From: the human T2T-CHM13v2.0 reference genome, Homo sapiens
Strand: one strand, 5' to 3'
NCBI RefSeq assembly: GCF_009914755.1
Contig: NC_060930.1
Length of the DNA stretch: 64,000 nt
Under the pieces are notes generated by a model, which had not been told where the DNA came from, searched no databases, and saw only the letters and a program-made list of their open reading frames with translations. This document shows, one piece after another, positions 24,998 to 38,784 of the stretch. The translations under genes and the position numbers were made by a program. Position 1 is the first letter of the stretch; every line of letters starts with the position of its first letter.

Positions 24998-25744
24998 AAA
25001 TAATCAGCTTATTGATGACATACCCTAGTATTTTATATGAACTAGTAAAACATTCTTATGGGTTTGGGTTTACCTTATCCTCACCATATGTCTAAACTTT
25101 CACATGGGCTAATTACCCTGATTAGAACATACTAGGATATGTCAACAGCAAGGTTTACATTCATTAAATAAATAAAGCTAGAGAGTCTCTTTGAAAACAA
25201 TAGTGTGATGTGGAGAACAGAGTCAAGGTTTTGAAGTGTCATTCATACTGAGTTTTCTATGAATGAGGGCAAGTGAGTTTGCCTCCCTACCTTAAAGATA
25301 TAATTAAAACAGCTGTGTTATAGAATTTTATATTAGAATAATAATAACAGTAGTCATTTTTATTTTTTGTCTTCTCAAATTCTTCGGTTATACTTCCAGC
25401 ACCAATGGACCTTAAATTTATCTCACTTGATTTTTAGCAAAGCTTTGAGCGATTCCTTTGCATATTCATTTTGCCAAAGGAATACTCACCAAATGGATCC
25501 TGAGTAGATTATTTTGATATATTCAGGTTGTCTCCTCCCATTTAAAAATATACCTTTTTGTATTTTTCCAATATCATTGCAATTATAATGCTCTAAAGAT
25601 GGTGGTGTGGAAGTGGAGTGGAGAAATATGCTTCTTGGGCTTGTTCTCCAGCTTGATTTTGTTTAACTATCTCTTACAATTATTCATAAAACAATTTAAG
25701 TAACATGTCATAAGTCACATGACTTCTAAGATTTTTTTCTTCTT

Positions 25745-28700
25745 AAATTTTTTCTTTTTTGCTTTTATTAGTATTACTATAGACATGTAACTGTACATAT
25801 CCATCAGGTACAATGTGATATTTGTATACATGTATACGACAAATTATCAAATCAGGGTAAATAGCATATTTATTACCTTATTTTTCATTTCTTTGTGTTG
25901 GGAACATTTACAATCCACTCTTCTAGCTATTTGAAAATATACAATAAATTGCTAATTATAGTTACCCTATAGTGCTATAGAACACTCAAACTTATTCCTC
26001 CTATCTAGCTGTATTTTGTATTTCTTAACCTACCTTTGGCTATCTCTTTCTTCCCCCTACCCTTTTCTGCTTCCAGTAAGCACTATTCTGCTCTCTCCTT
26101 CTATGAGATTGACTTTTTTAGCTTCTTCATATTCATGAGGACATGCAGTATTTATCTTTCTGTGTCTAGCTTATTTCACTTAAAATAATGTCCTCCAAGC
26201 TCATTCATGTTGCCGTGAATGACAGAAATTTGTTCTTTTTTACAACTAAATAATACTTCATTGGGATATATAGCACTTTTTTTAATCCATTCGCCTATTG
26301 ATGGAAACTTAGGTAATTTCATATCTTGGCTATGTGTTGTGAGTAGTGCTGCAATAAACATGGGAATACAGATATCTCTTTAACATACTGATTTCCTTTC
26401 CTTTGGATATATACCCAGTAGTGGGATTGTTGGATCATACGGTAGTTCTATTTTTAATTTTTTGAGGAACCTTCAAACTGTTTTCCATAATGGGCATATA
26501 TATGCATATATTCCAAATAACATATAAGAGTTTGTGTTTCACCAAATCCTTGTCAGCATTTTTTTTTTGTCTCCTTGGTAATAGCCATTCTAACTGGGGT
26601 GAGATTATATCTTCTTGCGGTTTTGATTTGCATTACCCTGATGATTAATGACATTGACCATTTTTTGTACCTACCTGTTGGCCATTTGTATGTCTTCTTT
26701 AGAGAGATGTCTATTCAGCTTATTTGTCTGCTTTCTAATGTGATTTTTTATTTGCTATTGAGCTCATTTTATATTATGAATATTAAACTCTTGTCAGATG
26801 AATAGTTTGCAAATACTTTCTCCTGTCCTGCAGGTTGTCTTTTTTCTCTGTTGACTGTTTCCTTTGCTGTGCAGAAGCTTTTTAGTTTGACATAATTTCA
26901 TTTGTCTATTTTTGCTTTGGTTGTCTGTGCTATTGAGGTCTTATCCATGAAATTTTTGCTCACACCAATACCCTGAAGTATTTCCCCTATGTTTGCTTCT
27001 AGTTGCTTCATAGATTCAGGTCTTATATTTAAGTTTTTAATCCATTTTGAGTTGATTTTTACATGTTATGTGAGGTAGAAATACAGTTTCATTTTTCTGC
27101 ATATGAATATTCAGTTTTCCCAGCATCATTTTTCAAAGAGACTGTTCCTTCCCCATTAAATGTTCTTGGCAGCTTTGTTGAAAATCATTTGGCTGTAAAT
27201 ATGTGAATTTATTTCTGGGTTCTCTATTATGCTCCATTGTTCTATGTCTCTATTCATATGCCAATATCATGCTATCCGGGTTACTATAGTTTTGAAATAT
27301 ATTTTGAAGTTCAAAATGTGATTTCTCCGGCTTTGTTCATTTTGCTCAGGATTGCTTTGGCTATTCAGGGTCTTTTGTGGTTTCATATAAATTGTAGGAG
27401 TTTTTTTCTGTTTCTGTGAAGAACATCACTGGTATTTTGATAACATTGCATTGAATTGGTAGATCACTTTTAGTAGTATTGTATTAATTTTTACAATATT
27501 AATGTCTACAATTCATGAACATGAGATATCTTTCCATTTTTTGTGTCTTCTTCAATTTTTTTTATCAGTGTTTTGCAGTTTTTATTGTAGAGATCTTTCA
27601 CCTCCTTGGTTAAATATATTCCTACATGGCTTTTTTTGTAGCTATTATAAATGCAATTTGTTTCTTGATTTTTTTCCACTAGTTTGTTTTTGGTGTATAG
27701 AAAAGCTACTGGTTTTTGTATTCTTTTTTTTTTTTTTTTTTGTATCCTCCAACTTTACTGAATCTGTTTATCAGTTCTGAGATTTTTGGTGGAGCTTTTA
27801 TGATTTTCTATATAGAAGCTCTTGTTATTTGCAAATGAGGACAATTTGACCTCCTTTTCAATTTAGATGCTCCTTATCTCTTTCTCTAGCCTAAGTGCTC
27901 TGCCTAGGGCTTCCAGTACTCTTTTGAATAAAAGTGAGATGATTGTCTTCCAAATCTTAGAAGAAAAGCTTTAAACTTTTCTCCATTCAGTGTGATATTG
28001 GCTGTGGGTTTGTCATACATGGCTTTAATTATGTGGAAGTACATTCCTTCTATACCTAACTTGTTGAGAATTTTTATCATGAGGGGATGTTGAATTTTTC
28101 TCAAATACATTTTCTCTATCTCTTGAGATGATCAAATTGTTTTTGCCCTTCATTTTGTTGATGTAATGTATCACATTTATTCATTTGTATATTACATCCC
28201 TGAGGTAAATCTTACCTACATGGTGAATAATCTCTTTAATGTGCTGCCAGATTGGTTCACAAGTATTTTGTTGAGGATTTTTGCATCTATGCTCATCATG
28301 TTCATTGGCTTATAGTTTTCTTTTTTTGTTGTTGCATCCTTGACTAGTTTTGGTATCAAGGTAACACTGGCCTCATAGAATGAGTTTTAAAGAATTCCCT
28401 TATCTTCAATTTCTGGAAGAATTTGAGGAGAATTTGTATTAGTTCTTCTATAAATCTTTGGTAGAATTCCAGAGTGAAGCTGTCATATTCTGAGCTTCTT
28501 TTTGATAAGAGACTTTTTATTACAGACTTAATGCCATTACTTGTAATTGGTCTGTTCAGGTGTTCTCTTTCTTGTTGGTTCACTTCTGATAGATTGTTTG
28601 TGTCCAGGAATTTACCTATTTCTGTCAGGTCTTCTAAAGTTTTTGGTATATAGCTGTTTATAATAGTCTCTGATAATTTTTTGTATTTCTATGGTATTAG

Positions 28701-31700
28701 TTGTAATGTCTCCTTTTCATTCCTGATTTTATTGGGACCTTTACGTTTTTCTTGGGTAGTCAAGCCAATGGAATGTTGATTTTGTTTATCTTTTCAAAAA
28801 AATTCAGCTTTCCATTTTGTTGATATTTTGTATTTTTTAGTCTTAATTTTATTTATGTATGCTTTTCTTTCTTTCCTTCTAATTTTGGGCTTGGTTTACT
28901 CTGCTTTTCTAGTTTCTTGAAGTGCATCATGAGCTTTTTTATTTGATATCTTTCTACTTTTTTGATATAGGTGTTTGTTGCTGCACACTTACCTTCTAAT
29001 ACTGCTTTTGCTATACCCCAGATGTTTTGGTATTTTGTGTTTCTATTTTCATTTGTTTGAAGATATTTTAAAATCTTCCTCTTAATTTCTTCATTGACTA
29101 ATTTGTTATTCAGGAACATGTTGTATAATTTCTATGTATTTGTACAATTTTTAAAGTTCCTCGTTATTTTGATTTCTAGTTTTATTATATTGTGGTCAAA
29201 AATTGATATGATTTCTATTAAATTTGTTAAGATTTGTTTTGTGGTCTAACGTGGTCTATGCTAAAGAATGTTTCATTTTCTAATGAAAAGAATATGTATT
29301 TTGCAGCTGTTGAATGAAATGTTCTGTAAATGTCTGGTAGGTTCATTTGGTCTAAAGTGCAGTTTAAATTAAATGTTTCTTTGTTAATTTTCTGCCTGAA
29401 TGATCTGTCCAATGCTGAGGGGTGTTGAAGTCCCCAGCTATAATTGTACTGAAATCTATTTCTCCTTTGGGTTTAATTATTTGCTTTATAAATCTGGATG
29501 TTGTGGTATTGGATGTGTGTATGTTTACAATTGTTACATCTTCTTGCTGAAGTGAAAATAACCTTGTCTCTTTTTGTTTAAAGTCTGCTTTACCTGATAT
29601 AAGTATAGCTATTCTCCCTTGCTTTTGGTTTCCATTTGTATGGATTTTTTTTCCATCCCTTATTTTTATTCTATATGTGTCTTTTTAGGTGAAGTGAGTT
29701 TCTTTTAGGCAGCATATACTTAGGTCTTTTTTTTTTTTAATTCATTCAGCTAGTCTATATCTTTTCAGTTGGGAATTTAGTCTGTTTACAGCCAAGGTTA
29801 TTATTGATAAGTGAGGACTTAACATCCACCATTTTGTTGTTTTCCTGTTGTCTTGTATATCTTTTGTTCCTTTCTTTTTCTCTTATAGTTAATCATTGTG
29901 GTTTGGTGGTTTTCTGTAGTGACAAGGTTTGATTCTTTTCTCTTTCTCCTCATATATCTGCTCTACCAATGAGCTTTATACTTTTGGTGTGTTTTCATGA
30001 CAGTGATTTTCACTTCCAGATGTAAGTGAAAATCACTTAAGCATTTCTGGTAAGGCCAGGTGAGTGGTGACAAATTCCTTCAGTTTTTGCTTACCTCGAG
30101 AAGGCTTTATTTCTTCCTAATTTCTGAAGGATAACTTTGCTGGGTATAGTATTCTTAGCTAGCAATTTTTTTTCTTCTTTCACCATTTTGAGTTTATAAC
30201 TCTATTCTCTCCTCGCCTGTGAGGTTTCTGTAGCAAAATTTACTAGTCTAATGCAGTTCTCTTATGTGACTTGACAATTTTCTCTTGCTGTTTTTAGAAC
30301 TCTCTGTCTTTGACTTGTGACAATTTGCCTATAATGTACCTCTAAGAGGACCTTTTTGGGGTTGAATCTATTTGGGGAATTTTGAGTTTCCTGGAGCTGG
30401 ATGTTCAAATATCCCTCCTCCACAACCCCCACCACTAAATTGGGAAGTTTTCAGTTATTATTTTATTAAACAGGCTTTCTATACTTTTTCCTTATCTTCT
30501 CCTTCTGGAAATTCCATAATACAAATATCTGTTTGTTTAATGTTTTCCAATAAGTCTTATAGGAATTCTTCACTCATTTTCATTCTTATTTCTTTTTTCT
30601 TTTCTCTGACTGGGTAACTTCAAAAGACCTAGCTTTAAGTTCAGAGATTCTTTTTTCTGCTTGATCAAGTCTGCTGCTGAAGCTCTCTATTGTATTTTAT
30701 ATTTTATTCATTGAATTCTTCAACTGCAGGATTCTTGTTTTGTTCTTTTTATGATTTTTATCTCTTTATTGAATTTTTCATTTATATTGTGAATTTTTTT
30801 CTTATTTTATTTAATTGTGTATCTGTGTTTCCTTGTATCTAATTGAGTTTCCTTACAATCATTATTTTACATTTTTTTGGCAATTAATTGATTTCCTTTT
30901 AATTGGAGTCTGTTACTAGAGAGTTATTATATTCCTTTGTTGGTCTCTTATTTCCTTGCTTTTTCATGTTTCTTGTGTCCCTGCATTGATGTCTGTGTAT
31001 CTAGTGAAATAATCACCTTTTTCAAACTTTCTGGAGTGATTTTCATAAAGAAAGTCTTTCATCCTGCAGTTGAGTTTTACTGTGCAGTTAGAAAAGGTGT
31101 AGTGACTCTGTTTCCAGATAGGTATAGAGATAGAGTCTCTGTGCAGCTTCTTCAGTTGTATTCAAGGTCAGGAATAACTGTGGGTGCCTCATAGCCTACG
31201 CTTAGAGGTTTGTGGCAATGGCACTGGCAACATAAGTTTTTAATGTTCTTTGTGTTAAGGGCTTCTGGGGTCCTCCTATTCTGGTTTTCTCTAAAATAAG
31301 GAGACTTAGCTGAGCGCATCCCTTTTGGTGTCAAGTCTGACATGGCCTACAAGCAGCTGCAGTGGCATGGGTTCTACGTGCAGTGATCAGGATTCTACAT
31401 GCAGTAGGAGTTTTCAGCTCAGTATCTCATAAAGCTATTGAGGCAACTGGGCTTGGGGTGCAGCTTCACCCCTTGTGGCAGGGTTGGATGTAGGTTACCC
31501 ATAGAGCCAGGATCTATGATTCTGAGGGACCCCCTAGCAGCTCAGGCTCAGGGTGCCAGGTTGTAGCTGTGATTCTACCCCTGGGGGGCAGGGCACAGCA
31601 CTGGCCTGACTCCAGGGAATAAGGAGTGCTCTGGAACTTTGGCCTTGGGAGCAGGGTATGGCTGCAATTCAGAAACCTGAGTCAATAGGGCTCAGTGTCA

Positions 31701-32900
31701 ACTCAGGTTCCAAGGGATGAGGCACTGGGTAGTAGTGATTGTAGACCCTGGGATAGTGGTGCTCAGCAGTATCCCAGAATGTGTGGGGCCAAGTGTATTT
31801 GCTTTCAGTACTCCAGAATGGTGGAGGACAGCTGTTGTTTGTTCCCTGGGTGACAGGTGGGTAGGAAAAAACACAGCAATGACTCCACTCCCTAGATAGA
31901 GGGGTACTTCTGCATCTGAGACTCTAGAGAGCTAGGCCAGTGCTGGGGAATCGAAGTCTAAAATTGTTCAGTTTATAGAGCAAGGTGTCTCAGCTCAGTT
32001 TCTGCTCAGCTCAGCCAGAGCACTAATTCCCCAAGGGACAATGTGCCACTTCAGCTCAGGCTTGAAGGATGTGACTGTTCTGGGCTGCACAAGCACTGTT
32101 TTCTTGGGATGCGGGGCATCAGTTCAGCTTAAGTAATGGAGTGCATGACTGCTCTGGATGGCCAAGGCACAATTTCCTAGGATGCAGGGCACCACTTCAA
32201 CTTAGACACCAGGGAGACATGACTGCTCTGAATAGCCAAGGTACTGTTTTCCCAAGAGACAGGATGCTGCTTCAGCAGGGGCAGGGGGAGGAGTTGGTAG
32301 AGCAATTCCACCTCCACTTGACCCCACAGGAAAAAGTGTTAACAGCTGTTAACAGCACATATTGGGGATGTGGGGCTCTGGGGATGGGGTGGTTCAGGGG
32401 TGGTTTAGTCTCAGGGATGAAGGGGAGCCATGACTACTTACTCCTTGAGTAAGGCTCAGTCTAGCTGTAGTTCCTGTTCCAAGATGCCATAGCCAATAGT
32501 CACATGGGCCACAGCAGGTGGGGCACAGTGTCAACTCCTTCTCTGGCTAAGCACAGCTATATAGACTCCAGGCAGCTTCACCATGTGGGCTTGGTGCCTA
32601 AGAAGACTGCAGAGAACACCAGTGGGAAGGTCTGTTGGTGTCCAGGGTGTTGATGGAGATTGTTGGAGTCATCCTGCTTACCTCCTCACCATAAGAAGTT
32701 CCTCCTGGCTTCCAGCTGATCCCACTTGGGGGATGGGATGGTGAAGGCCTGGCATTTCCTTATTCTCTATGTAGCCATCCTGAGTTTTTGTGCTCACCCA
32801 AGTTTCTATTAGTTTTAAAATGCAGCTGCTTTTCCATTGTTCTGGCTGTCTTTGACAGAGGCATAAGCACTAGGGGCTTCTAGTTGGCTATCTTGCTGCT
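25745..32900 (-). mobile_element. Near full-length, decayed L1MA-type LINE-1 (3' UTR, ORF2, ORF1, GC-richer 5' region)
   Basis: Minus-strand ORF fragments such as NQQEREHLNRPITSNGIKSVIKSL and FLNNKLVNEEIKRKILKYLQTNEN are ORF2p-like; L1MA-type 3' end at 25780-25990; ends near ggctatcttg at ~32890. Confidence 0.85.
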
Positions 32901-33319
32901 ATCTCTCTGACCTTTAATACTTTTAGAAAGAAGATTAACCGTTCTCCTGATCAAGGTATCAAACTATTTATTATCTTTGACAGTACCAAAAAGTCATACA
33001 TACATGTAATTCATTCATTCATATTTTCATTCATTTATTGATCAGTTAGATCAAGCCAATATAAACCTACTGAAAAAGTCAAGGTGTTCAATTTTCTTTA
33101 TATCATGAAACTCTCTATTGTGCTAATGAACACTAAAGAGGCTCCTATTGACAAGGAACTGTCTATCATCAATTTTGACCAAATGCCTCTTAGTATAGAA
33201 TTAAAATGCTTCCAATTTTCTTTAAGCTTTTTTGTCACATAAAGATCAACACTTCCTTAGATTCATGGGTATAATTTGCATTTGAAAAAAATCCGACACC
33301 AAGCTGTCATGCTATCTAA

Positions 33320-33719
<400 letters not shown>

Positions 33720-34212
33720 CAAAATATTCTAATTTTTGACCTATAATTGTTTTTTAAATTAAACAATTATACTCCCATTTTTTTCAATATTTTTCTTATG
33801 TTTCCTTATTACCAAAGTGATAGATTACAGTATACAATTTGAAAGGTACTGAAAAGTAAAATTTTAAATACTCCTTAACTTCAATTAAGAGCCTTAACAT
33901 TTCAGCATATTTTCTTCTAAACTTGTTTCTACTTAAAAAAAAAATTATATAATTGAGGTCATACTGATTATTCTATTTCACACTTTTTTTCCCACTTAGA
34001 GAATTATAAGCATTTCACCATGCCATTAAATACTCTTCCGAATACCATGTTAATGACTTCTAGTATTATTTTTAAAACCATTTAGTAAATATATATTCTT
34101 TAAAGTAGTGTACAGAAAGTTCTTTTCAAATCCTAATTAAACTTAAGCATACTTTAACAAACACCCAGCAAAATACAATTAAAAGCAGAAAATGTACTTT
34201 TAAACTTGAGAT

Positions 34213-34511
34213 TAGGGATCAGCAAAATGTTTTCTACAAAGAGCCAGATAATACTTTAGTCTTCAAAATTACTCAGCTCTACTGTTGTACCTGGAAATAA
34301 GCCATAGATAGTATGATAATGAATGAGTGTGGCTGTGTTCCAATAAAACTTTACTTATGAACACCAATATTTAAATTTCATATGTCAAAAATATTCCTCT
34401 TTTGGTATTTATCATTTAAAAATGTAAAAGCGATGCTTAGGTTTCAGACCATACAAAAACAGGCAGTGGCTAGATTTGGCCCTTGAGCTATATATAGTGG
34501 CAGATCTCTAC
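34213..34511 (+). mobile_element. MER58 (hAT-Charlie) DNA transposon
   Basis: tagggatcagcaaa...gagtgtggctgtgttccaataaaacttta...gatttggccc. Confidence 0.75.
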
Positions 34512-37259
34512 TGTAGAGCCTGATTCCAAGAACCCTGCCTTCCCAGGGTTTGAGAAATTTCTGTGAACATATGCATTCATATATATTTTTAAGAAGAGGT
34601 AAATAGCTTTTATTATATGCTAAATAGTTATTAAATATAAAATGGTTAAGAGTCACTATTCCAAATAATATATATAAAGTCACTTTATAAACCATAATTT
34701 CTTATTAAAATATATACTGGTACTTCACTTATAATATTCTTCACTTAGATACCAAATGATCTGAAAAAGATTGATTAGTAGAAATAAATTTATGTTATTA
34801 TCAGAATTCCACCTGGGAAAATAATATCCAGAATCCAAAAAGCTAATAAACTTTAAAGAGAAAATAGGTGACAAGTTAAATTTTCGAAAACACTTAAAAT
34901 AACAAGTAATGGTTATTTCAGTGAAGGTAGTTGGCATATTTATTGCTTTTGATTTTTTAGGTGAGCCAAGAGATTATTTTCATTTAAACTATAATAACTA
35001 GCATCATCAGAGAATAGGTCCTGCTGCCTAATTTAACATCCGGTTAACAAAAGTTAATATATGTATGTCTCTCTCATTCCTCTCCTCTCCCCATCTCTCA
35101 ATACACATACACATACATACAACAAACAGACCAAGAATAAAACTAGCTTTATTGTAACATTTGTTTAGATTGGAAAGTTCCACTTAATCATGTATATCTC
35201 CTTTCAGAATTCTAAAGCAAATGAGAAATAGATACATAAATCACGTATGGATCAATTTATTATCAACCTCATTATTGTTAATGCGGGAGTAGAAAACAAA
35301 ACGTGCATGAGAGACCAAGCCCTTCCCTTCCCAGCCTGAACTGAGCTTCTTCCCAGAAGGAGTAGAGAGCCTGGATCTTACAGTGCTCCCTCATGAGCTG
35401 GGACTGAGCAGTTGGAGTGAACTCACTGCAGAGAGGGAACACAGGCCCATGCTTTGGCAACTTCCAATGGAGTAAGGGAAACAATGTGGCTCCACATGAA
35501 GTGCCTTTTGCCCAGTTACTTACCAGTTAAGTCACTCCTCAAGTGGCATAGAATGAGTGAATACTTTCAAAAGAGAGAAACTCCTTTAAAGGGCAAGCAC
35601 AGAAACCAGGGGGAATGAGAAGTTCTCTCTTACGATCTTTAACTCAAAAAAAAATTCTTGATCTGTTTTAAATTTAGGATGTCAGTGAAAATTGTTGAAA
35701 TACCAAGAGAGACTTTTAGTTAACAGAATACGTCATAGATCTACCTTTTCAGTATGGTGTTTAGTTGGCCAAAAAGAAAACAGTGGGCCAAATAAATCCA
35801 TAGCAATGTGTAGTTAAGTTTTTAAAGCTCTGACATGTAAAAAGAACTAGTTTTATATGTGACCTTTTTGTTATCCAAGTATGGATACCACCCTCCAGTT
35901 CTAGTGGTGCTTGTGAGCTTGCAGACCACTCCCCTGCTCATGCTAAGTCACTACCTCCACAACTGTGTGGACGGCCCTCAGCTTAGGAACCTCCACCTAC
36001 TTTGTCTTCGAGACTACCTTTTATTCAACCTTCAAGGCACAGCTCTAAAAGAAGCTTTACCTGAAGTTTTCCAGAAACTTCCTAAAATACCCAGAGTAGC
36101 CTGTGCATACCTTCACACTTTTCCACAGGACCTCTCTCATTCTTCTCTCACTCTCTTCCATCTGCAAATATTTACTGAGCCTTCAGCGTATGCTGGTAAT
36201 AAACTAGACACCAGGAGTCTGCTGGCAAACATAGTATCTTCCCTGTCTTTTCTGTTGATCAGGAAACACAATTAGCCAGAGATAAAGCATACTGTGGGTG
36301 GTAAAGTACCAAGAACCACACGAACATGCAGCCAGGTCCTTATCTTGCAGAAGAGTGACGGAGTGAAGAGAATATTTGAATGTCCCTCTCCCAGGCTACC
36401 ACGTAAGCTTTTCATAGGTAAAGACCTTTACTTTACTGCCAAGCACCATGGATGGCCCAGAGTTGGCCCTCAAGAGCTTTTTATGAAACCTACAGAACTA
36501 AAGTGTATATATTCAGGGAGCTGTTTGATAACATATATATTCAGGGAGCTGTTTAAAGTGAAAAAGACAGACAGGATTCTAGAACCAAACATCTGACTTC
36601 TTCCTTTCTGCATTCATTCAGCATGTATTTGTGCCAGGCTGTCTTGTAGGTGCCACGGACACAACCCTAAACAGGACAAGAAAGGTCTCTGCTCTGTGTG
36701 ATGCATTGGCATGCCTTAAGAATTCACATATTAAGTGATGTTTAGAATGAAGATTAACACTAAATTGTAACCATATTTAGCTACTAATACTGTGAACACT
36801 TTGGTTTCCAAGGGAATGGTAACAGATTTTCCCCATTTCCTTATATACAGAATTAGCATAAAAACCTGAGATCAACATGTTGTGTTTCCAAAGCCTCAAA
36901 CATACAACTGCTGAGTGAAAGCTCCAAGTATTTTGGCTATGATCATTTTCCTTTGATGGATGCTGAGAATCAACTTTGCCTAAATTTCTGAGAGGGAAAA
37001 CAGATAAAAATTAAATTAAATTAAATTAAAGCTGGCTTTAAATATCAAATGGCCAACTCCCACCACCAACATCATCAACAAATTTTAAACTGTCAAAAGA
37101 ATAGCTTGTAATTATTGATTAGTGTTATCACCAAAGCACAGGATACAGCTTTGCCTTGTACCTTTTAAAATCACATTCTGGCAAGAGGCAGATTATTTTG
37201 CTTCAGGTATAGATACTGGAAAAACTAGTTAACATCAATCTCCACCATTCAACCCCAAC

Positions 37260-37386
37260 TCAAACACCCCCCCAACACACATACACACAGTACACATTCT
37301 CACAAATACATACACACAGACACACACATCCCACACAACACACATTCTCACAAATACACACCCATACACCACACATGTACACACAT
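37260..37386. repeat. Degenerate (CA)n tract
   Basis: CA-rich, with an internal duplication of cacattctcacaaataca. Confidence 0.8.
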
Positions 37387-38349
37387 CACTAACCTCATTT
37401 TATCAGATGAGAATGCAGAAAATAAAGCCAAATATGATTTTGGGCTTATCTTTCCAACTTTCACAGTAATCCAATAGTAACTTGAGTTGCCCCAAATGTT
37501 ACAGGGGATTTGTACTTCCTTTTGAAGATAGCTATTTCATTTTGTACAGCTAGAAGCAGCTTGGTTTTAGGCATGGAATGAACCTCTCTGCTCATGCTTA
37601 TGAAGCTGTTACTTGGTCAACAATTAAAACTTAGAAGGATAGATGCAAATAAGGAGAGAAAGTTTTCATCTTTTTCTATGTTTTGAAAAATTACAGCCTA
37701 ACTAAAGCTGTCATTTTAAACAAGCTTTTTACCTTTTTACCAACTTCTACGTGGAAAACAAAACAAATGGCTTCTGTGAGAAGCCTGGAAACCTGAATTC
37801 TGGTTGAGGCTTTTTTACTAGTTTGTCAGCTTCTTCTTTCAAAAAAAAAAAAAAAAAGTCAGTTCGCCTCTCTGAACTCAGTTTTTGTCATTTGTTAGAT
37901 TAGAATTATAAATGAAACTAGAGAATTTCAAAAATCCCTCCCAGCTTTTAGATTTGGTGGTTCTGTGAAAATGGACTTGGATCAGAAGTGTAGGAAGTAT
38001 AACAAAATGACTGCAGCATTAAGAGGCTTTATCTCTAAATATCTTACACCATACTAATGAGAGATTTCTTTTTTCTGAGTTTTCCTACAATTCTCCTCTC
38101 TGCTCTTCCCCTCCTTTCCTCTTTCTCCTTCTCATTATTCTTATTCCAATGATTGAGATTTGATTTATAGTAAACTATTACAGAAAAGACTCACTGATTG
38201 CACAATTAATTTACTGCAAAGTAGAAGTTAATTTTTTTTCTTCTTAAGAAAACAAGGTCATAAAGAGCAAAGCTGAGAGACAAATTGTACAAAATAACCA
38301 AAACGAGAAATGTAAGTTGTCTTTAAATGAGTCACTAAACTGGCATCTA

Positions 38350-38784
<435 letters not shown>

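Noticed and set aside
36506-36554. Short tandem duplications (TATATATTCAGGGAGCTGTTT twice; also near 53720 and 57590)
   Set aside because: Ordinary slippage-type duplications with no sign of function.
35859-36596. 138-aa and 100-aa ORFs
   Set aside because: GTG starts, no recognisable domain, partial overlap with L2-like sequence and no convincing splice context.
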